Shown: positions 55,250-64,000 of the stretch, piece after piece
Position numbering within the stretch: the first letter of the stretch is position 1
How the letters are laid out: every line of letters begins with the position of its first letter
Assembly (NCBI GenBank): GCA_002245135.1
Contig: NGBS01000297.1
Coordinates: forward strand, 124,001 to 188,000
Source of the DNA: Proteromonas lacertae
Lineage: Eukaryota
Reading direction: 5' to 3'
DNA length: 64,000 bases
Made by a program: the position numbers and the translations under genes
Notes under the pieces: generated by a model
Told to the model about the DNA's origin: nothing
Database searches by the model: none
What the model saw: the letters and a program-made list of their open reading frames with translations, nothing else

Positions 55250-56481
55250 CTTTAATTTGAATTGATGAACATGTGATTCAGAGATTGTATACACAAATAA
55301 TAAATTGGAAGTATTAATATCTTCACTCTCTAATGATATTATAATATAAGAAGAAGTAGAATCAACAACCATATGCTTTATTTTACCAATATATCCACTA
55401 TATTAAGAATATTATATTATAAACATATACAAATTTGGTATTTCATTAATACTCTGAATTGAGCCATTGATGTTATATTCATAATCTCCATATGTATAAT
55501 AATAATAAGATATTGAATCAATATTACCTTGAGATGTTGTATATATTATTGATTTGTCATCAATAAAACTAACGTTCTAAATTATTAAAAAATTTAATAT
55601 TAACATACATTACAAGTTCCATTGATAGAGTAACTATGCGCAGACCAATCAACAGTATGATAGAAAGTAATTAAATCTCTAAATAATAATAATAATAATA
55701 ATAATAATAATTAAATATATTATTACTTTCCTCCTACTGTTAATATATTATCATTTCTCCATTTCATTGTTAATGGTGGTAAAATATTTTCACTTATTAT
55801 TGTATGACATTCCTTTTTACCTACATCCCATATTAATATTTGACTACAAGTATATGAACTAACAGCTATAAATGAACCTGTATTGTTCCATTCACATTGA
55901 TTTAAGTTTGTAAAATTTGGATGTTTTAAATAGGTCATTTCTCCATATTCTATTATAAATAAGTAAATATATACGTTCTTCATCATTTAAATATCTAATT
56001 TTCCATATACACAACCCATTTCTATAAAAATCTATAACATTATAATATATACTTAGCACAACATGCTATATGAGTTTTACAATACGGTCTCCATGCTAAA
56101 AAAGATGGTTGTATTTGCTTTTCATGGTGTAATTGTAAATCTCTCCATGAACTATTCGTTATATCACAAAAATGTATAGAACCATCAACAAATGCAATTG
56201 CCAAAATAAATACATCTGAATTAATAGCTATAGCTTTTATTGGAATTGTTGTTGAAGAACATCGAGGATATATGCTTGGAATACCAAAAAAATTTCTATA
56301 AAAATAAATAAATATGAATATTATACTTTATAATTTTCTTAACAGAAGAGATTTGTGATTCTAAATCTCTAATATCGTTAGGAAGGATTGTAGGATCGTT
56401 ACAATCAATTCCATTTAACTTTTCATTCAAATCAAATTCTAAATGAGGTTGAGGAATAGCGAGTTTTAAAGCCATTTTCAT
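55076..56481 (-). CDS. AAAS: Aladin-like WD40 nucleoporin
   Basis: LHHEKQ..LAWRPY..IACCA..GCVIW, LKHPNF..CEWNNTGSFIAVSS..ILIWDV resemble Aladin repeats. Confidence 0.65.
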
Positions 56482-56505
56482 ATAAAAAGCTTGAATTAGG
56501 TTTGA

Positions 56506-57716
56506 ATGAATAATACTCTAGATATCATCAACGAGAGTTCTTTTTTTGCTCAACAGAAGAAAAAAGCTCAATTTGATGAAATACAAAAACAAAAGGAATA
56601 TTTAGAGAAAAGAAAAGAAATCAAAGAAAAAACAAAAGAACAAATCGAAGAATCAAAGAAAAAAGGGGAGTATATGTTATTATTTAATCATGTAATAGAT
56701 ATGACTGGACTAGAAGTTACAGAATTTGGGATCTTGAAGAAGATGAAGATTTTGTGAATAGCATTTGTGAAAAACAAGAATATGCAAAAAAAGAGCTTCA
56801 GAGTGTTGTTTCACAATATGAAACCGACCATAGCGAAGAAAGAAAATTCAATGACAAACCAACCAGAGAAAAACTAGATATGTGTCATAGTGCAAGAAAA
56901 AAAGGACATGCATTTTACAATGAAGGATTATACACAAGAGCAGCAGGTCAGTATAGATTAGCATTGGTTTATTGTGACTATATATATCCTGAAACTGGTT
57001 CAGAAGAAGATGAAGAATATAAAGAAATGATGGTGAGTTGTTCATTAAACTTAGCACAATGTAAATTAAAAACTGAAGAATATAAAGAAGTGATAGACAA
57101 TTGTAATGTAGCTATTGAACTTGATAATGTTAATTATAAAGCATATTTTAGAAGAGCAATAGCATATAGATCAACTCATCGATTTGATGAAGCAAAAGAT
57201 GATTTTGAAATGGCATTGAAGTGTGTAGAAAGTAAAGATGAAACATGGAAGAAAAAAATACAAAAGTATTATTTATATTTATATATATTTAGGGAATATG
57301 ATGTATTAAAATATATGATAAAATCAGCCAATGTTAAAACTAGAATAATGTCAAAGAGAATGTTTAATAGTGAAGATGATAGAAAGATATCAGAAGATGA
57401 ATATATAGCTCCCAGTAAAAATGATTCTACTTTTTATGATTGTAGAATAAAAAATGATATTGATAGTGAAAATAATAATTCTTCATTAAATATATCTTCT
57501 CAATCAATATCAAGTCAAGTATTACAATCTAATAGTAATAGTATATCAAAACTATATAATACTCTGTTTTATACTTTACAATTGATTATGTTATCGTTTA
57601 TACATGGTTGTGCTTATTTGGTATATAAAACTTTTAGATGTGAAAGAGTTAAATCGTATGAAGAAGAAAATAAAAACACAATAGAAAGTAATAATATTAA
57701 AGAAAAGAATGAATAA
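56506..57716 (+). CDS. TPR protein (FKBP/Cyp40-type TPR clamp) with C-terminal hydrophobic segment
   Basis: RKKGHAFYNEG..AAGQYRLAL, SLNLAQCKLK, NYKAYFRRAIA. Confidence 0.8.
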
Positions 57717-57721
57717 TATAT

Positions 57722-60700
57722 TTATTTATTATTTTGTTTTTGTTTTTTGAAAGTAATAGGCTTTATCATTTTTTCATTAATTTTCTTTACAAATTCATTC
57801 AAATCTTTTGCAGTACTTATATTCACTTTTTTACAATCTTTCATAACTTCATTCCATTCTTCTTTCTTTATTAAATCCTTTTTTAATTCACTATACCAAA
57901 ATATAATATAATTAATATACCAATTCTTCTGTATTAATGAAACAACAGATTTCCAAGGGTTTAATTTTATTATATTACTCCATTCTTTCATCGCTTCAAC
58001 TACTTCTCTTGTTTCTCTTAATTCCATATATCCATTTTCTTTATTTACACTTCTTTTTAACAATTCATTCAACGATAAAGCTTCATCGACTGATGGAATG
58101 CTGTTAATTCCCTCAAATACTGAATCTTTTATTCCATATCGAGTAAATTCTAACTGATTTTTATAATCTTGATAGATTGTTTTTCTCATCACTTCAACAT
58201 ATTGAGGGAAATTCTTTAGAGCAGTTTTCAATTTTAAAAGAGTTGAATCATGATTTTTAAAAATAGATATTTGATGTACAATATTCAAACTATCTTCTTT
58301 GTCTTTTATTTTAACATCATTTAGCTTATAATACTTCGAAATATCATCCAGATCTTCACTATTGATTGAATAAACAAAAGAAATAATACAGCAGAGGATT
58401 AACAATTAATAATATTCTTTCTTTTTCATTTTTAATGTAAAGATCAACCATTCTCTATTTGTTATTATAGAATAAAATTATAAAATACACTGATTCTGTT
58501 TGATTTTTCCTTTAATGACAAATTCTTCATTGAACTTTCATTTGCAAAGCTATCTAATACCTTCTTTAATTCTACTTCTTCATATGTTGTTTTAACAGGA
58601 GATGGTTTATAAAGTTTACTAAACAGATATATCGATTTAACTATAATATACTTGATATTTGCAACTATTTCTTTGTAATAGTCATCTAATTTACCAATTC
58701 TTTGATTAATATTCTATAAGGAATAATATTAAAACATTACATTGTTAACATTATAAATATCTAGCATATTATTTATATTAGCTTTATTGAAAGATTTTAA
58801 CTCATTTTCTAGTTCTTCAACTCTTTTTTTATAGTCTTTATTATCATATATTTCTTTATTTACACTCTCATATATACTGTCCTTTTTAATGTCTTTTATG
58901 TCTTCTTTTACTTTACTTCTATTCAATAATATAATTGCATTAACAAATACACTATTTTTGTTATTTCTTCTACAAGTATTTTGTGTTTCTTATCATACGT
59001 CTTCTTTACATCATCTTTAATTGGACGATAAAATGAATTGCTTATTTCCATTAATAAAAATGAATCAACATCTATAAACTGCTTGTTTTCTTCACAATTA
59101 AGCTTTAATTCATTTCTATATATTATAGAAAAGACTTTCATTTTATAAATGTATATACATTTTAATTTTGTATAACTTTCTAAGATTATCATAATATGTC
59201 ATTAATTCATCATATATTTTCTAAATTATAACAGAATATGATTTTACATTATTATTATACAAAGTAATTCAGTAAAATATAGGTTGAAGAAGCTTCATCT
59301 GGTATATTATTTAACAATTCAATTACACTTTCTGGTTTTTCTTTAGTATTTTCGACGAATAAATGAATATCGTCTTTCAATTCATCACTACAGAATAATT
59401 AAAAGAAATATTATACTAATAGCTTTTAATTAGCATTTTCAGAGAATTATTAAAATCAGCTTTGGTTTTATCATCTACTGATTCATTCGTTTTATATAAT
59501 GCCATAAACATTGTAATATGCTTATCATTATATATCTTTTCAAATAGACTACTTCTTTTCTTAGTTAATAAAGTATATATATCTTTGTAAGTATCTCTAA
59601 TGAAAAAAAATTATATGCGAAATAAATACCCAGTATTTTCACAACCAGCGTCGTATCTTAATGAATCTGTAGAAATATTTGGAGGTTGATAATTCTTTAA
59701 TGACTATTAAACATTACATTTCATAATTTGTTATACATTATATTCTTCCATTATGCTTTGAATTGAGTTAAGGCACATTATTCTTTTGGTTTTATCATTC
59801 ACATATTTATCAATATCTTTTCTAACTGGATTATTATTCTTGACGGTTTTGAAGCTCTTCTTCATTTCATTCCTAGGTTATAAAACAGGAGGTTAAAATA
59901 CTTAATATAGTTTTTTAAATCATTTACAAATATTTTTGTTTTATTTTTAATAAACTAATCAATCATTAAATACATAAAAATACTTCTTCGTGTTTATTCA
60001 TTTCTTCTATTTTATTCATTTTCTGAAGTTTGGCTGAAGAATCTACTAAGGTTTGCTTATATTTTTTTACATTTTCTGGTATTAATTCTACAGATTCTAA
60101 ATCACTTTCATTCTTTATTCTATTAAGTGTATAATATTCAATCATATACATTATTCTGGTTATTCTTTCTTTTTCATTATTAATTATTTCATCATGTTTT
60201 GATCTCAAATCCTATTTATCTATTAAATAATACAAAATACATGCAATTGTTTTATCTGAGTAGCTAGCGGATTGTTTTCTTGTAGATAATTATCCGACAA
60301 GAAACTTTTCAGTTTTTCTGATTTATCCTCACTCTTTAACATGTTGCTAATACTATTCAATTCATCTCTATTCATTAATAATATGAATATACAGTTCTTC
60401 CTTTATCATCTTCACTATACATCTTTTTGTACTTTTATATTCTATATTAATTTTCTATACAATTCATTATATATATTTCTTAATATACATTCATCATTTC
60501 AAATATAATTGATAATGTAAGATTTGTGTCATTTTCATTATTTTTAACATTTTCAATCACTGACTTTATTTTTTCAAGTAAACTCTTATCTGAATTGAAT
60601 ACTTCTATCTCTTGTAACTCATTTTCGCATTTTTCAATTAAGGATTTTAACTTTTTGTTTTGATTCTTAGTTTCTTTTTCAACGAATGATTTAATTCTTA

Positions 60701-63700
60701 ACAATTGATCAAATGAATTCTTAATTCCCTTTTCTTTAACGCTATTGTTTGATATTTCTGTACTGAGTTTCTTATTATAACTATCTGCTGTTTGTAGCTT
60801 TTGTCTTGCTTCTTTAATAACATTCCTATCCAAAATATTATACAACAATACAAATAATTGTCTATTTGATTCTTAATCTCTTTTTCTATTTTGTCTTTAT
60901 CAGCTTTAATCATTTTTCTTACTTCGGAAATCTCTTTTAAATCAACATCAGATGAACTAATTATTTCATACATTTTATTATAATTCTCTTTATATTCATC
61001 TATCTTTATACCTTCTTCTATACTTACAAGTAACTTTTCAAATAATTGACTATATATAGTAGATATGATAATACATACATTTCTGATTTACACTTACTAA
61101 TCTCATTTGGCAATAAATTGTTGAATTTATTTTTTATTTCTGTGTATATTAACCATATTGATTTTGTGTCTTTATTTTTATTACCTTCATTCTTTATTCT
61201 ATTAACTTCTTCTATTAATACTTTTTCATTATCAAATCCTTTTATGTAATTCATTGTTGCTTTACTATAATAATGAAAAATTCTTTAAATATAATACATC
61301 AAATCATTTATTTCAGATTTAATTGACTTATTCACATTATTCATCCCTTCTACTATTTTCTATTATTTTAATCAAAATATAACACATAAAAGATATTAAA
61401 ATACATTATATTGGTTTTTCATATTCTTCAAATCATCATTACATATTGGTTGGTCCAATATTCCTCTTACATTTAATATTGCATCATTTTTAATAGTAAT
61501 TTCATTTAATACACTATTTGTCTCATTTCTAAGAATTAAACATGAATATATATTAACTATATACATTAATTTACTTATAGATTGTTTTTGTTCATTAATA
61601 CTTTCTACATATTTTTCTTCCAAATTCAATAAGTATTGATAAATATCTGGCCATTTAATTATACTATTCTTTCTTTTAGTTATATCCATTTTATTTCTAA
61701 AACAATAATATTGTGATATTTATATACTCTAATTCAACTACTTTTTTCGTTGTTAAAGCAACTATATTATTTTTTTCATTTTCAATGGTATTTTGGATAA
61801 TATAAAACTGTTTAAAGTCTATTCTTTCACTTTCAAGCATACTTAATTGTTTTTCAATTTTGAGTTGATATTCTTTAATATCAGTTGTTTCAATTTCTGA
61901 TACAAGTGCCTTATTTTCCTTTCTATTATTATAATAATTTAAAACAATATTTACATTTCATTAATTAGATAATCAACTTTTTCCTTTATGTAATGATCTT
62001 CATATTCTTTTATTTCCTGAATAAATTAAAAACAACAAATATACTTTCCATATCATTTGTAATGATGAATTATCTACCTGTTTACTTATTTCTTTTTCTT
62101 TAATAGTATAAAAGTTATCTATATCTTTGTATATGATTGATTCATTTGGTATTTTCATTTCTTGTTTAATCTTGTTCAATTCGTTCTTTCTTTTATTTCT
62201 ATAATTGCATAATAATAATAAAAGTTAGTAATACATTTCTTCTATACATTTCTGTTTCATTGAATTGATAATAATTTTTGTTATTTCATTCAATTTCTAT
62301 TTCATAATTATAACGTAGTAATAAATACATTTTGAACTTCAAGTATTGAAGTTATTGTGTTCTTCTCATCTAACTTGAATTGGGACTTTATAACTTCAAT
62401 TTCATTCTTAATACTACTATCAGTTTTTATATCGTTTATTCCCTCTAATGTTGATTTTCTATAATATCTAATTATATAGGTAAATACATTTGTATATCTA
62501 CAGATTTAAATAATTCATCTACCATTTTCCCATATTCATCTCTCATCATATCATATGCTGAGTATAATAATGATGCATTAGTTTTATTATTTAATATGCT
62601 AGGTTTTATTATTTTAACTATATTCTCTAACTTATTCTTTATTTCATTACATTTTATTGCTTTGATTTCATTTTCAATGTTATTTCTAAATATATATAGT
62701 TCACTATTATACAAGTGTTGGTTAACCATATTCCTAATTACCTCTAAACAAATTTGAAGTCCTTCTCCAATGGACTATTCAGTAATATTATATACGATAA
62801 ATACATTACTGATGGATTGTATATCTTCTGTTTTTATATCAGGTTTCTTCAGTAATTCTGAATTTTGTTTCAATAATTTTTGAAAGACAGATGTGTCTAT
62901 TTCAGTCAATGATGAAATCATGTATTGATAATCAGTTCTATTTATTGTATATATTTCAATTATACATTTGTTTTTGAAGATACTCTATTTCTGTTGGTAT
63001 AATTGATTCACTTTTCTCTGATAATTTCTATATATGTTTAATGTTATGGTTTATACTTCATATAAGTCTAACAAACATCCACATTTCATATTTGTATTAC
63101 AATTTGTTATTCCATTACAAAATCTTTGGAGTTCTTTTCTGTATGAATTATCAACAGGAAATAATTTACAGCTTTCGATAATATTAGATCTGTTAAATAA
63201 GAAACTATAGATATATACTTCAAACTCATTATTTTGCTAATAAAAGTATTCTTCAATTCATAAAACAACTTTGTTAATTTCTATCAAGATTAACATACTG
63301 CTATAATATACATTTTCATATTCTTTTATTACTTTAATGCTTGATTTATTATTTATTTTTGGCTTATACTCATCAATTAACGATTTTAGTGATAATATCA
63401 ACTCATCTTTACTATTTAACAAGCTTACTTCTTTTTCAATATTCCCACTAATAAAATATAACAAAATATCACACATACATATTCTTCAAAATAACAATTT
63501 TCTGTTGTTCTAAATATCTCTTATTATACTGTAATAATTTCTTATATTCAGCATAAATTAAAGATGCATCTTGTACTTTTATATTAATTGAAGTATAAAA
63601 TCTATTTAATTCGCTATTCTCATTTCCAAAAAGATCTTTCATTGATTGACTACAACAGATATATACTAAATATACATTTCTACATCAATCAACAACTTTA

Positions 63701-64000
63701 TAGTTGCATTTATTTTCCCCACATTTTCATTGAAACACTAAATCACATATATAGATACTCATAATAATTCATACTATTTGAATCTTTATTAAATCAGTTA
63801 GTTCAATACTACAATTGTTCAATTGCTGTAACAAATCTTCGAAACTCTTATACAAATGTTTCATTTCTGAGCTTTGAATTATGTCTAATAAAGCTATACA
63901 ATTATTTCTATTTGATAATATAAATAGTAATATTCTGAAATACATTTCTTTTTCAAGACTATTTTTATTAATATATTTATATTGTTTTTCATAGTTATTA
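57722..64000 (-). CDS. Large multi-exon coiled-coil protein; 5' end outside the window
   Basis: Many K/E/N-rich ORF fragments separated by ~30 nt GT-AG introns; no family recognised. Confidence 0.6.

Overview
This is very AT-rich, gene-dense eukaryotic nuclear DNA. It holds about 32 protein-coding genes split by many very short (~24-40 nt) GT-AG introns, plus two tRNA genes, with tiny intergenic gaps. Intron size, compaction, bacterial-type genes and a TGTTT-rich element after stop codons suggest a low-GC Blastocystis-like stramenopile (inference, not proven). Recognisable genes include nicastrin, WIPI3/4, copine, SPRING1, SPT16, ALG13, organellar AsnRS, a Dcr2-like phosphoesterase, a GNAT acetyltransferase, SWEET, N-carbamoylputrescine amidase, a YTH protein, an Hsp110-like protein, a PKG-like kinase, a GalNAc-transferase, PRP43, UBE2G2, a Myb/SANT protein and Aladin. 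Main observations: (1) about 17 single-base +1 frame breaks that introns cannot explain, several in essential genes; these are either insertion errors or pervasive +1 recoding. (2) Two minor-spliceosome (U12-type) introns, one AT-AC and one apparently AT-AA. (3) A tRNA-Val gene nested in an enlarged intron. (4) C-A stem mismatches in both tRNAs. (5) A Tc1/IS630-like HTH gene without a clear catalytic domain. Exon structures were read by hand and are approximate.
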